DNA of 54,562 bases, counting the filler, from Sphacelaria rigidula (lineage: Eukaryota): the NCBI GenBank assembly GCA_964200075.2. It is 3 parts of 3 records of this genome, joined end to end, with 100 filler letters (N's around TTAATTAATTAA, not from the genome) between each part and the next. Parts side by side here need not be neighbours in the genome. Positions count along the whole stretch, not along the records: positions 18,223 to 36,342 come from CAXNAA020000911.1; positions 36,443 to 54,562 come from CAXNAA020000912.1; 1 more part is not named here. One strand, 5' to 3'. Under the pieces are notes generated by a model. The model was not told the origin of the DNA. It did not search any database and saw nothing but the letters and a program-made list of their open reading frames with translations. This document shows positions 24,830 to 37,991 of the stretch, piece after piece (the stretch's first letter is position 1; each line of letters begins with the position of its first letter). The position numbers and the translations under genes are program-made.

Positions 24830-27070
24830 CCTCCTTTGCCTGCTTCCGGTGCTTCTTCTGTCATATGTGTCGGTGTGTAGGGCTGGCCGTATATTTCTCC
24901 CATATCTTACAATCAAGGGCCCGTCGTGGTTCTCGACTAGTACTTGCTCGAAAATACCGCTGGCAAGGTAGTTCAGTACGTGTTCGGTGTTTTCCCGAAG
25001 CAAGCTTTCGAAGCCTGACCCTTTGGGGAGGGCCACGGTTGACGTCGGATGGAACTCCCTGACGCCCTTTCGAACTTCATCCATCCGCACCCGCTGCTCG
25101 TGCGACTTGGTTATTGCTACGGCGTAGGGGTCATCGTATGCTAACATCAATTGCTCGGTCCCGGCGTCGGTCCATTCAGTGTGCACTTCGGCCGCATGGT
25201 GGGTTTCGACTGCTGGATACCCGTCCTCTGTGACGGCCTGAGGAGGTTCTCGACGCGCTCCCACGACGCAGGCAACCGCATGACCCTGTGCTACGTGGTA
25301 CGGATCTAGCTGTTTGGCATCGGGACAGGCAGATTATATCCACTGTGTCGCGAGACTTCTGTTGGCGTGTCCTAAACCTGAGCAGCCAATACGGGGGAAA
25401 GGATCAAAGGGGCAAAGGGGGCGGCATGACGGAAAATAAACGCGGGTGAAGGGAAGTTATTTTCAGACCAATCTGTCCGCTCGGAATCCCCACCATAAAT
25501 ATCTGGTAACTAGTCCGGTATGGGGGCACCAACATTCAGCGTATATAACCACGTTTAGGCATACACGGGCTGTAACCCGCTAACTGCCAAGGGGGCGTCG
25601 TGTGGGTGCTCGTATTCCTATGATACCGCCGCCAGACCACAGGTCAGCGGTAGCGATCTCTCTCATCTCCGCTGGAATTAAGAATACTGAACGGGGTGGA
25701 CGCGCCGAGGTTCAGAAGTACTATCTCCTTTTCCTTGGAAATATTGGGCACCCCCACAATCCTCCGCAAAGCGGTCAGTAGCTCCTGGGTATGCATGGTA
25801 TCGTTTTTCGTGTTGGCTTTCAATACCGAGTTTCGGCCTTGACTCGTCGTCGGCGTGATCGTCCGGTTCTCCGGCGGGATCGTGTACACCTTCGGCTTTT
25901 TTTCCACCTTGTTTGTGCTGTCGACCAACACGTAACACGCGATATTGTCATCCAACTTCTTCCGCGGTATATCGGAGCACGACAAAACGACCACCGCCTA
26001 TGGACCACTGACCACTCGCCTGTCCAGCGCATGCAGAAGCTCCTTGCCGTTGCCGGCCGGCGTGAAGGCGGAGTGCCGTGCAGGCTCTGGTACGCCTTTG
26101 TCACATACGGCTGGCGCTTCAGGAACAACTCTCTTGCAGGGCTCCGCCCGGCGCCCTCCCCGAAGAACAGGTGCTCCCTCACTGCCGCTTTCGAGACATC
26201 CCGACATTCTGCGATAGGCGCGAGTTTCTCCAACGCAGTAGGAATCTCCATGTTTATAATTTGTTTGAAGCACCTGTTAACCATCTCCTCCCGCTCGTCC
26301 AGCCCCACCCTTGCCCAATTTCTGTTGTCGCGCAACGGCATCGAAAACAGATTTTCGACGAACTTCAAGTCCGATTCCGGCATCTACGCCATGTACATCA
26401 GATGGAGAACGACTAGCCACTGATAACGGTCTTGACCTGTCACACAGAAAATGGTAGCCATATGGCGAAGGCGGTTCGTGCGTCAACATGCGGGGGGGTG
26501 CATCTCCTCGAGTTGGGCGTGGGTGCGTCTTTTCTTCGCCTTCACGCACGGAGTTGAACCCCCCATTCTCACGAGTCTACCGCCGCTAACGGTGACACCT
26601 TCACGCGGGGTGTTACCCACCTCTTGAAGAGGTACTGACGACGGATTTCGTGACGGCACCCTCCGTGTATGATTTTCCGACGCGAAATTCACCGAAAGTT
26701 TACCAGTCGCGCCTTCTCCGCCCGGTAGATGTTTAAGCTTGCTACGCTCCACGCTCTGACGGTAGCTGCGTCCCCCCGCGCAGACGCGGTTTTCCACACC
26801 TGCGTCATCCGCTGCAGCCATTGATGCCTCCGAGGCACTGAACAATACAGTCGCCGGGTCTTGAGCGTATGATGGGGGGCTAAACTCATTTCACGCATCA
26901 CCCCCTTCGTCGGTATGGCCCCCGGCGATATCCCTCAGACTATCCGCCGACACTTCACGTTCAGAATATGTCGGTCGAGATGTGCCTTTAAAAGCGGATT
27001 TGGCATGTTCCGGACAGGATAGCGACCGGAGTGGCGCAGGCACGTCGCTACCTGACCGGAGGATAAGGCG
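24830..27070 (-). pseudogene. Decayed gene whose 3' part resembles the His box of a USP-like cysteine peptidase
   Basis: Frameshifted coding stretches 26845-25644, then after a CAG acceptor at ~25310 LDPYHVAQGHAVACVVG...LMLAYDDPY. Preceded by EIVLLNLG...RDRYR(L)TCGLAAV. Confidence 0.35.
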
Positions 27071-27939
27071 CAAGGGTATATGGGCACAAAGCGTCAGTCT
27101 TCTGGTATTGATAACTTTGCAAGCGTGGGAGCGGAGTGTTCATGTCGGCCTATGATACAAGCAGGTCTAGGTACAGTCAATTTTTTTCAAAAACACCCCT
27201 CTTCACCGGAAACAAGAGGAATGGTGCCAGATACGTGCAATCTGCAGCTGTTCTACTTCGCAAGATCACTGCAGCAGGAGTGCCCTGGCGCGGATACTTT
27301 GGGATCGATTGCGGTGCCGTATCTCGCGTTCGGACTGCCCCGGGCGGCGTCTCCGGAGCACCCCAGTGTTTGCATCCCAGCTGCGAGCCTCGAGGATATT
27401 CACATGTGCGATTATCGAAGAAGCTGGAGTGGTGGGTGTATGCGGGGTTGGAGGTCACTGCTTTGGATCCAATATGCCTTTCATTCTGCGGTATCGTCCA
27501 ACTATAACAAACCTTCGTTCCCCGTGCCGTCATATCTGGTTATCCCGGCATGCAAGTGTGCTACTGTACGACCGTCCAAATTCACATCGATCTCTCCCCA
27601 CGTCAACTGTCGATTGAACCCGGGAGTAGGTGTCCAACGATTGGTAGTTGCGAAATAATATGGCCCCAGCAGCAATTTTCACCGCACTTCGTGGAGTACC
27701 CCGCCCACAGAGTAACACATGCCCGGCGAACGCAGTTAGCACGTGTTGGATTCTGCAGGCTTTGACACGACCGCGAAATACGCACGACAGTAGCCCTGTA
27801 TATGGTGTTTTCATCCTATAGTCGAGGCCCTATCATGCCAAGCACAACACTTCGCAGACTGTATAATGCTCTGTAGTGGATTGCACTTCTCTAGACCAGC
27901 TGTGTTCCGTGCTGCACTCGGGTGGGCTGTACTTTTCTG

Positions 27940-28960
27940 AAAGTGGGGCTGTGTACTGGTCGTACAACAGTAGTATACCAGGCACTCCAGTGCTCCCGCG
28001 TACTGATATGCAGCAAAAGTACACCCTTTTCTAAGGTCAGCGAGCTCGCTTATTTTTCGGCATGGATGGATTCCAGCAACCGTCTTTGTAATGGATATGG
28101 CGACCCCCCCTCTATGTCTCTGCCGGTGGAGTGACGCGGGCGCGGTACTCTCCCAAACCACCGAAGGTTAGGTTTCACGGGGGGGGGTGTGCACCCGCGG
28201 CTGCGCACTATCCGCCGTAGCTCATTCCATATAGCGCTGTTACCGTTGCAATTTGCGAGAGGAGCTGTCTGACTACATATCAACACACTCATTCGTTCAT
28301 CCTCGTGCTCCTTCGACCTGGGGCTGTGCTACACGTATGTGTACTGATTATATTACAGCACACCAGGCACTCCAGAGATCCCGTGCACGGGAATATGGCA
28401 AAGTTAAAGTTTTTCAAACTTCAGCGAAGTCGATTTATTTGTAGCATGGATGGATTTCAGCAAACCTTTTTGGAGTGGAAAGTTTTTTGGTGTAGAAGGT
28501 GAAACCCCCCTCCATCTCTCGATTAATTTGTGGCATGGATGTACTTCAGCAAACCTTTTTGTAGTTGACAGTATTTTTAGTGTACAAGGTGAAGCCCCAC
28601 TCCATCTCTCTGCCGGTGGTGTAAGTCGAGCGACGTGCTCTCCCGTAGCACCGGAGGTCAGGTTTCACAAGAAGGGGGTGATGTTCACCGTACTCTGCAC
28701 GGGTTCTGCCGTTGGTCGTCGTATACCGCACCGTTGCCATCGAAATTTGCGACAGGAGCTGTCTGCCTATATATCACTACACGTTGATCGTTCATGCGCC
28801 TGCTTATTTTACCTGGGGGTTGTGTTGTACTATAGTGTGATGTACCGATCGTATAACCGTATTATACCAGGCACTCCAGAGCTCTCGTGTACTGGTATGC
28901 AGCAAAGTTGAAACTTTTCAACCTTTGGCGACCCCGTTTATTTTGCGGCATGGATGGATT
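27940..28960. repeat. Degenerate large tandem repeat (~390-500 bp period) with an internal ~90-bp duplication
   Basis: CCAGGCACTCCAG at ~27978, 28363 and 28867. GCATGGAT, TCTCTGCCGGTGG and AATTTGCGA.AGGAGCTGTCTG also recur. Confidence 0.8.
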
Positions 28961-30805
28961 TCGGGGGGAGGGTTTAGCCTTCGAAAAATGTCCAAGCTGT
29001 TCGACGACATTTCAACGATCATCGATCTCTTCTCTCCATTTCCTTGGATACACTTGATTCTGGACTACATACTTGAAATAGAGAAATCGTGCGTTAGCCC
29101 TTCGACTACGAACCCCTCTCAAATGGAGTCAGATGGACTGTGCCACATTTGGGGATCTGAACAGCTCATTTCTCGCTTTACAAAACGACTTTTTTTATCA
29201 ACATATGGATGTTGGGCCTCGGCATGGAGAAGAGTCCCAAAAAATCCCTGACCGGTTTCGACCTTGAAGTCAAATGCATGCAGAGTCAGTGAGTGTGTCA
29301 GTATGTCTTCCCTGGATACAATGGCAAAAAACAGTAAACTCGCGATCGCTCTCTACTGGACACAATCTGCTGCATGCTCTGCTGATGTCTCTGCTTAGTG
29401 TTCCACAACGACACTACAGGCAGCACGAAACCGTGCTGGTGATACACGAGGCGTCGGATAGGCGGCACAGGCCACGGGCAGAGTAAAAAACACGTTATTT
29501 ACGCCCATGTAATCTATGGTTGAAATATCATGACCATAATGAGAAATACAGCTAAACAGCGAAGTGGTCAACCTGTAGGGGAACAAAGTGACCATTTTGA
29601 TAGACGTGATTGGCCAGAATGGTCACTCGGCTCCTTTGGGGACTCGTTTCTGGCTTAGGGCGTGTCTTCGCACTTTCAGTTTCGATCGAAAAAATGGGGC
29701 GGTGGAATCGATATATAAGCGAAATTCACTCATTTTTGTCGAGTTGGGTCCAAGCAATTTTTCAAACTTTCGATGAAGAAACAGACAATGAAATCCATGA
29801 AACGGTTCATGGTCACTCGTGCACAGTACAGACAGTTTGCACTGTCTGCGCTGCTCGCAAGCAGCTTGTCTTGAGTGCGTGTGTACGCAATTCGGTTGCC
29901 CACCCTACCACGCAGTTCCATCGCTGATGCCGACCATGAGAGAAGATGTGCAAGTTTTCGCCGACCAAAATAAATGAAGCACACCCGACTACTGCAGTGT
30001 ATTTATTCCTGTGCTCAACTCGTGCTCTGTGCTGCAGGGTTGCGGTGGTAGCTGAGAATGAGTTGGATGAAGCTTGCACGGTTCTGTAAACAGGTGTTAT
30101 CTGGCGTGGTGGTCTGTAAGATGGGAGTCAGGTGCCGCTTCGTTCCTTTCAACCGCATGTTTTCGATCGAAACAGTTTGACTTGATTGTTTTGTTGTTTT
30201 CCTTCGCGCGATACCAGTTATAAATTTGAGTTGAGGCCTTCTGAGAACAGAAATGCGGTGAACCTATCAGATCGAGAACAAAGCAAATCGACCGCACATC
30301 TTGGTGAAAAACAAAAGTGCGAAAACCGACACTAATGGGAGCCGTTCAGATTTTATTTTTCAAACATTTTGAACAGGTGGTCACGAAAGCGATTATTTTG
30401 GAACAAAATCGTCAAGATTTCGACCCCCAAGACTTTGAACGAACCCCAAAAAATGCAAAAGTTTGGCCAAGCGCTCAGAATTGGGGCACGATTCCCGAGG
30501 CTTGAGAACCTGTGTAAAAGTTGGCACAAGAAATTAAATTGGACATGTCATGTCTTGTTGTACGGCAGCACACACAGACAGAGCTCTCTCATGTGCTGCA
30601 CCTGTTACTGCATAGTCGTGCATTTAGGCCTTGCCAAACCTGTCTGGTCTCTGCGGGATTACCTGAGCTGCTGTACTACTATTGCATTCCGAACAACTGC
30701 AGTTGGCAGGCAGGGCTGTTATATCGAAGTTGACAATGCAATGCTGTTGACACGAAGTTGAAAAAATCTAGTGACTATTCATGGGGCGCACAGCTGGCTT
30801 CCATT

Positions 30806-31765
30806 ACTAGCAGTAGCCATGCGTGGGAGATACATTCGACATGCACAGCTCCCACAGAGAGATGCGCACAGCTATATCTCCCAGCACTTCGCCGAGTGAG
30901 CAGGCACGGGCCCATCGGCGGGTAGTACGGACTAGCACTTCCCAGCACGGTGTCTATCACGCGCAAGGTGAGTGGGCGTTGTCGCACGGTCGATACGCGG
31001 ACACCGTCTGCGAGGAAGAGCAGCAGCAGCAGCAGTAGCAGCATTGGCACCGGCTAATTCAGACTCACCCCCAGCCGCACACATCTACGGGCGGTGAAGA
31101 TGCTGCTGCTGCTGCTGCTGCTGCTGCTATTGCTATTGCTATTGCTTTTTCTACTTCTCCTGCGGTAGGCGGTCCGCGTTTCGACCTGCGACAGTGTCCA
31201 TCACCCGGCGCGTCATTGCCTCCCTACTTGAAATCGATTATGATATGTTCGCGTGTTGTCACCCCCACTGCATTTTCAGTACGTATCACTTGTTTTCACT
31301 GTAATAGACGCTCGCTTTATTCCCATCATGAGCAATAACAACGCGTGTGAGACATACTTGATGTGCACAGCTCCCACAGCGAGATGCGCACTGCTACATA
31401 TCTTCCAGGACTTAGCCTCGTAAGCAAGCATGGACCCATCGGCGGGTAGTACGAACTAGCGCTTTCCAGCACGGTGGTTATTACGCGCAAGGTGCGTGGG
31501 CATTGTCGCACGGTCGAAACGCGGACCGTTTCTCGCACGAGAAAGAACAGCAGCAACAGTATTGGCATCGGCTGATTCAGACCCAGCCCCAGCCGTATAT
31601 ATCTACTGATAGTGAAGATGTTACTGCTGCTGCTGTCGCTTTTCCTCCTGCTCGAGCGGGAGGCCGTCCGCGTTTTGACCCGCGACAATGCCCATACAGT
31701 ACACGCTTGCGCGTGATTGCCGCCCTGGCTGAAGTTGCTGGCCTATTCGCGTGCTGCTACCGTTA
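30806..31765. repeat. Tandem duplication (~520-bp period); each unit is a long imperfect palindrome with CAG/CTG tracts
   Basis: Units ~30806-31225 and ~31327-31765. Arms 30959-31042/31101-31213 and 31483-31561/31622-31714. Confidence 0.8.
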
Positions 31766-32249
31766 TTGCATCACTCATCTTCGCCCGTAGATTGGAACGG
31801 CGCGTGATTTCTCGTGATCGTGAAAATGGCACCTTACATCTTCTTTGGGTGTTGTTGCACAGATGCACACTCCCTAGGTTCACGCCAACTTCAACATGTA
31901 TAAGTACAACTCCATCTTGATGCCATAATAGTGTGTTTTTTGGTACCGCGTCAGAATCGTGACGGGATAAAAAAGGGTTCGAAATTTCTGAAAAGTAAAA
32001 TTTTGGACGGTTCCCATCAAAGTTGGCCGAAGACACACCCTTGACAGAAAAAAAAAGTGGGAAATTTCGAAACACACATAATTGACTTGGTGAGCTTTTC
32101 GGCTATACGGCGAACAGGCCCCCACTCCAGTAGACCTTAGGATATGTTCGTGAACAATACTTGGTAATTGATTTTACTTGATTTCAGAGTGAAGAAAGTT
32201 CCAAGAAAATTCATAATTTAGGGCAGATGAGCAGTAGACCCAGCTCGTC

Positions 32250-32388
32250 CAGAACGTGTTTTCGTCCAATCTCGGCGCCGCAGGTGCTGATTTGAGGTCT
32301 CGCAAGGCACACCTTGCCTACGAAACACTCTGCACCTCTCTTGCCCGAGGGTTCTCGGTATGCCTTGGTTGGGGGCTTAGGGTTAGAG
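32250..32388 (-). repeat. Right arm of the 18720-18873 inverted repeat, ending TTAGGGTTAGAG
   Basis: See left arm; about 75% identity by eye. Confidence 0.8.
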
Positions 32389-33884
32389 TTGGCGGCACCT
32401 CAATAGTACCAACCATTGTTTTTGAATATTCCTTTAGGTCGCTTCCTCCACCCCACTGTCAAAAACCACCCCTCTTCCCCCCGAAAACGTCGGGATGTCC
32501 CTGGACTGCCATCCTGTGGGACTGTTTCGAGGCAACGCTCGCTGTCGGAGGGTTAAGGTGACACCCTCCCTGTTCAGACGCCACGTACACCTCCACATTG
32601 TTGATTACATTCAGGTTTGAACCTTTTTTTATCAAGCGTTTTTCGAGCGTACACTCAAAACCTGCCAAAATAGGTGATACCCCGAGTTTTTTTTGCTGAG
32701 TGTGGGGCGCGTGCTGTTTTTTTTGGCAAATCGAAGATGTACCGGGACAGAATCTGCTTACTTAAATTAGCGGGCGAAGCCCGCATCTCAAGCCAAACCT
32801 CCCACACACAAATTAGGGTAACCCAAAGTGAATTGAAATAAGCGCGACTATGGCCGAGTGTTCAAAGTCGGCACTGGCCCAAGATTGAAGATCTCTACAT
32901 AATCAGACGGAGGACTAAAACATGGGACATGTCCTGTTTCACTACTGTACCGCAGCAGGAACACCCAATCCGTCTCGCATGTATCTGAGCTTCCACTGTC
33001 TGTTCTGTTTTACTGTGTTCACGCATTGCGAACACGGTTTGGATTGCATGCGCTACGATTTTGTCGTTGTGTTCATCTCTGGAGAAAACAATGTTGGTTG
33101 ACACGCAGTGCTGGCTGCACAATGTTGAAAGCTTCATGGGTGTGTTGGCTATTTCGTCTTCGCTAAGACGAACAACGCGCTGTCCGTTGCTGCGGCACTC
33201 CAGCTGGTGTCGTACGTTGGGCGCCTGTACTATACCGTACTCTGTATTGTGTTCAGTACGCAATACTGTATTTTCTATGATACTGGATTTGGCTGAAACG
33301 CGCCACGAGTTAGACCGCACGCACACTTGGTTTTAGAGTACTCCCCTGGCGATTCCCAAGCGAAATGGAGCGATATGATTAGTATCTTACCGAGCGATCT
33401 GTCCCGCTCCAAATGCAGTTTGCCTTTTTTTTTAACCCGGTGCATTCAGATTTGAAGCGCACAACGCAAAAACAGCGCTGTATCGCACACATCGCCGAGG
33501 AGAACTGGGGTGTTCAAAGTCGGCCCGCCCAAGGAGTCGCCCGACCAACCCTCCGTCCTAAATCAAAGCAAATGAAGAATACGGGTGGACAGAGCGGGCT
33601 CGGGTTGGGGGGTGGGGGTCTTGGTTGCAAAAGTGCACCCGCAGCTATTTGGCTACCCCCCAACGTGCCTCCGGGGGGATGCGCGGCCCTCCAGTGGCAA
33701 AACAAGCCTCCGTAGGCCTTCAATCCCTCTAAAGGAAAACAGATACTCCCGCCCTGGAGGGCCGCGCACCCCTCCGGAGGAAGGAAGTGGGGGGTAGCAC
33801 AATGCTCTGGAGGCTCGAAAAGTTGATCACCCCGGAGGAATTTTGGGGGTTGCGAAATGGCCGCGTGTGTGGCATGGACATCAT

Positions 33885-33972
33885 CACTCACTGCCCAACG
33901 GCAAGCAGTAGCACTCTAGAGGTGTCGTGAGCATCACTCACCTCCAACGGCGAGCAGTGACACTCCAGCGGT
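33885..33972. repeat. Short ~48-bp tandem duplication
   Basis: CACTCAC..CCAACGGC.AGCAGT..CACTC.AG.GGT occurs twice. Confidence 0.6.
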
Positions 33973-34883
33973 TGCAGGGCAGGCATTGTCTAACAGCCCG
34001 GTCCTCAGCGGATTTCGAGGTCCAGTGAAGCACAACGCTATTTTGCTGTAATGACGATGATGCTCACTGCTCTGCCGTCTGTTTATGTAGCGTGCTAAGT
34101 GAACGGATGAGGTGACTGTGGGATCATGCCCAGGTCGTTTCGTCGAGCATAACTTTGCAGTGCATCGTGTGTATGCTGCAGATTCCAAAATTCGGACCGG
34201 CTGTGTGTGTGTTGTTATCCCATCTTTTCTGGACGACAGTCTACACCTTCCGGTATATGTGGGCGCATCAGCCGGGTTGCAGTCCGCTACATTCGCTGTA
34301 ATGACTGATGCTCTACTGCCCTGCTGTCTGTACATGAAGCATGTCATTTTGACACCCCACTCTTGAAAACCACGCGGGAGCAAGCACCCGACAAAAATAC
34401 TACAGAGCGTTCGACAGCAGCGCACTACGCGTTTTCGTCACACCGTTGGGGATATAGTTTTTTTGTACCAGTGCACATCGCACTGCGTTGTAGTGCGCTC
34501 TGCCAGCGCACGCAGGTCGGACCCCCCGCCCCCCCGTCACGGCGTGGTCAGGTGGCGGTGGTTCGTGACCCTAAAGAGAAACACTGGATTGCTGTGCATG
34601 GGTGCAGTCCGTCCTATCGGTAGTGTCCAGACTACGGGGTTTTCATATTCTATGGGTAGACATCCAACTTGATCGTCCATCGCAGATCATTTTCCGGCCT
34701 GCTTCTGCGGGAGTATGAAGGAGAGTGACAGTTTCCTCCTCTTCAGTTCGAGCGTCTAGTGTAGAATACTGTTCCGAAAATGATATTTTCGATTTGGATA
34801 AAGTATGGAAAAATCGGACGCATGTGTACTGACTTGTGTATCGAGTGGAGAGATATTTACGCCAATAATACATTCGATTTGGT

Positions 34884-35070
34884 ACGTGACCGCGGGGTTA
34901 GCGAAGCCAAGGCGCGACCTTTGCACCACACCGCGTGCTCGGCGCCCAGCGCTATAGGAAGGAAATATGGCAACGGGCGCCAAATGATCCGTATCGTGAT
35001 CCTGATCAGTACACTACCGAGAAGAAATATTTGAGTCGCTCGTGAGCTGTCGTATGTGTGGATCATTTCA
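34884..35070. repeat. Inverted copy of the 4485-4670 repeat
   Basis: Reverse complement aligns with 4485-4670, about 65-70% identity by eye. Confidence 0.65.
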
Positions 35071-36129
35071 TGTGCGATGCGCAATCAATCAATGCCTGTC
35101 TTTTATCCGTTCTCCCTTCCAGGTTTTCTTTGTCACTCCTTGAGTTTACTCCGTTCATAGCGAGTGTCTTCGTTTGTTCGATTCAAGTAATCGTTTCACT
35201 ACGGCCGCATTCGTACCGAATCAGCTCGTTTGCTACATGAATCGATGAATCAATGAAGCACTCTGTACTGTCTCACGTATGTCATCCACGGCCACCCATG
35301 CCGCCTGTCATTCATGCGCGATTGTGGCGGGCAGAGGCGACGTGCACGTCGCCATGCATCACGGCACCATGTACAGTCATCGTCACACGCAGTCCCTGTA
35401 TATCCTACCCAGTCTGTAATCATTTGACCCCATAGTGTACCGAAGGCAGAGATCATGTACGCAAGGCTGCCACGTAAAGACTGGGTCCCGATTTTCGGGA
35501 GCCTGCCTTTTGAGTTCCTTTTTTCGACATTGTTGAGCTTTCCCACCCTAGGTCCAGCGTTTTTAGCAGTATGCTTTTTAGTTGCAGGGGCTATTTCGAC
35601 GTGTTTTGGGTTTGGTTTGTGTGTAGAGTGGGTGCAACATCAGCCAGCGATGACGTCAGAATAATGCCAAACACCGGTGACCTCAAGAGATGATGGGCGT
35701 TAACGGGCCTTCAGATTCGAATCATACCGCCGTTGCTCTTGTGGCGATCGATTTGCGTGACGTTGGTCAAAGCGTTTGATGTGCTCGAGGTTTGAACGTG
35801 CGTAGGAGACTACCTTCGCCGTGTTGTAAGATTACTAGAAACGAAATCGCTGCTCCCAATAGTGGATGAAATATTGTCCGCGCCTCTTCCGGCCACTTCA
35901 CGCCCCATCAGACATGACCTCTCCACTGCTATGCGTCGCCCCACACTTGTTCTTGCAACGGGATTTTTTTCGGAAACGTTTCGGAAACCAGGCGGCCTCG
36001 TAGTAGGTTCCCGATGCAAGGCATGGTCGGACCCGACTGGAGAGTTGCTGCGTGTACATTCTGCTGCATTCCGATAGGTGAGCATAGTGCAAACCCTTTG
36101 ACTCAATTCTTTCCATTAATTGGGGTTGA

Positions 36130-36192
36130 CTGACCTCGTTTCAATCCCACCTGACCTCGTTTCAATCCCACCTGACCTCGTTTCAATCCCAC
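36130..36192. repeat. Perfect 21-bp tandem repeat x3 (CTGACCTCGTTTCAATCCCAC)
   Basis: Three exact head-to-tail copies. Confidence 0.92.
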
Positions 36193-36342
36193 CTCGGTTG
36201 AGACAAGGCCCGACCCCAGACATCCAAGCAGCTTTATGTGAGTTGGCAGAGAAGGGGGGGGGGGGGGGGGGGGGGGGTATACTCCTTTCTTGCTTACCAC
36301 GCCTCCCTTGCGAGGGGGGGAGGTGGGCAGGGGGGGGGTGTG

Positions 36343-36442
36343 NNNNNNNNNNNNNNNNNNNNNNNNNNNNNNNNNNNNNNNNNNNNTTAATTAATTAANN
36401 NNNNNNNNNNNNNNNNNNNNNNNNNNNNNNNNNNNNNNNNNN
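36343..36442. other. Artificial scaffold linker N44-TTAATTAATTAA-N44
   Basis: Same construct as 18123-18222; flanked by poly-G runs. Confidence 0.98.
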
Positions 36443-36559
36443 GAGGGTTGTTTGTGAGGGGGGGGGGGGGGGGGGGGGGGGGTCAGTCCATCCAACATTT
36501 CCCTAGTTATGATCTGAGCGGGTCCTGGTTTGAAATCTGCATCATCGCGGAACGCACGC

Positions 36560-37280
36560 TCAGCGCTAGCATTCTCCGCAAAAAATTCCTCCAGGGCACC
36601 CCACTGCCCTTCTACTCTTCACATTGCAGTCTGCTCGTTGCGGGCCGCCAACGCTTTCCGCACACCATCGGCAGCAACTGAAGGATCAATCTCTTCATCC
36701 TGCCAACATTTAGCATGTCGGCCTAGTGCCTCCTTGAGATCATCTTCGGCAAGCACGGATCCAACAAAAACCGTGCGTGACGAACACGCATGAATGTGCT
36801 TCGGCACCAGTTCAGTAACAGTCAATAAGACGGCCTGCATGCTACGCCCGTGGTTGCTCATTTTGACTGCCTCTTCATACTCGACGTATTTCTGATAAAA
36901 ACGTCGGGACGCATTTTCGCTATAATGCCGTCCGTATTCTGGGGCTTTAGCGATCCTGCAGACATAAGCTCAGTGAACTTAAATTTCACCTCTTCGCCTG
37001 CATCGCCATCACCCACTTTCTTACGCGTTACCATAGCTGCACGTAACAGTTCCAGCCAACCTAGTCGTCTCTCTGTTGTCAGCGAGCTCAGCGAGCTCCC
37101 TCACGTCACAGAGTGCACACTCCTGTGTACAAAGTCTGATATAATTTCTCCGCAGCTGCCCACAGCTAAAAACACTTTTCCAGAAACCAGCGGGTTCCTC
37201 TTGATAAATGTTAATTATAGAGCCCTCCTGGACTCAGAACAAGGTCACAAGATTGCTGCAAGGGCTTCCTCCCTCACTAG
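36560..37280 (-). pseudogene. Decayed coding fragment of unknown protein
   Basis: RRLGWLELLRAAMVTRKKVGDGDAGEEVKFKFTELMSAG...IIAKMRPDVFIR joins by frameshift to SMQAVLLTVTELVPKH...LAEDDLKEALGRHAK. Confidence 0.3.
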
Positions 37281-37991
37281 GGCCTGGAGACTTCAAGACA
37301 GTTCTTATTCAAAAACACACAGCCTTCGCTATCGCAAGTAACCACATGCGTGAAGCATGTGATGTTCAAATCCACATAGTCTGCCGATCAGACCCGCAAG
37401 TCCGTCAACCAATAGAAAACACCTACAGTAGATCTTTCCACTTATAGATCATCATGGACCCGCACGTACGTGTATTGGAGGTGGACTACTCTACAGATCT
37501 AAGCGTTGCGCGATCGGCACAAGAACATACTGCAACAAGAGGGGCACAGCAACAACACGAGCAGCAGTTTCCATCCTGTTGTCGTGACCCTGTGTACAGG
37601 TGTAAAGAAATATCAGTCACAGGTTTGTCGTAGAATATACTGTAATAACTGTACATTTTGTATGAGCGTGCTCACTATGTCGAGGTGATGGGTGTTTTTT
37701 TGTATTGATATGATCCGCCCGATTACGATCCAGTTCTCACGCATACAGCAGTCGGGGCGCACTTCCCCCAAATGTAGCATCTCAAATCGGCCTGCATGCC
37801 GACCCAAACTGTACAAAGGAAATTTCCCAACAATAGGGCCAAGCCATAATATTTATCCATCCCCGGGGAAACCTCGTCCACCCCATTTTCCCATGATGAG
37901 TTCTGCCGTATTTGTGCACCAGGTTACTGTCGCACAACACTTCGGCCATGGTTTTCTTACCGTAACTCCACGACATGAGTTGCAGACGATA

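Noticed and set aside
25690-25735. LLNLGAST as a USP Cys box
   Set aside because: No catalytic Cys, and too close to the putative His box.
36130-36192. GTTTCAATCCC resembles the start of a CRISPR repeat
   Set aside because: Perfect 21-bp tandem with no spacers.
37442-37481. Minus-strand LQYTYVRVHDDL* as the GH16 terminal exon
   Set aside because: No AG acceptor at the required position, and the conserved Asp and aromatic residue are missing; probably coincidence.
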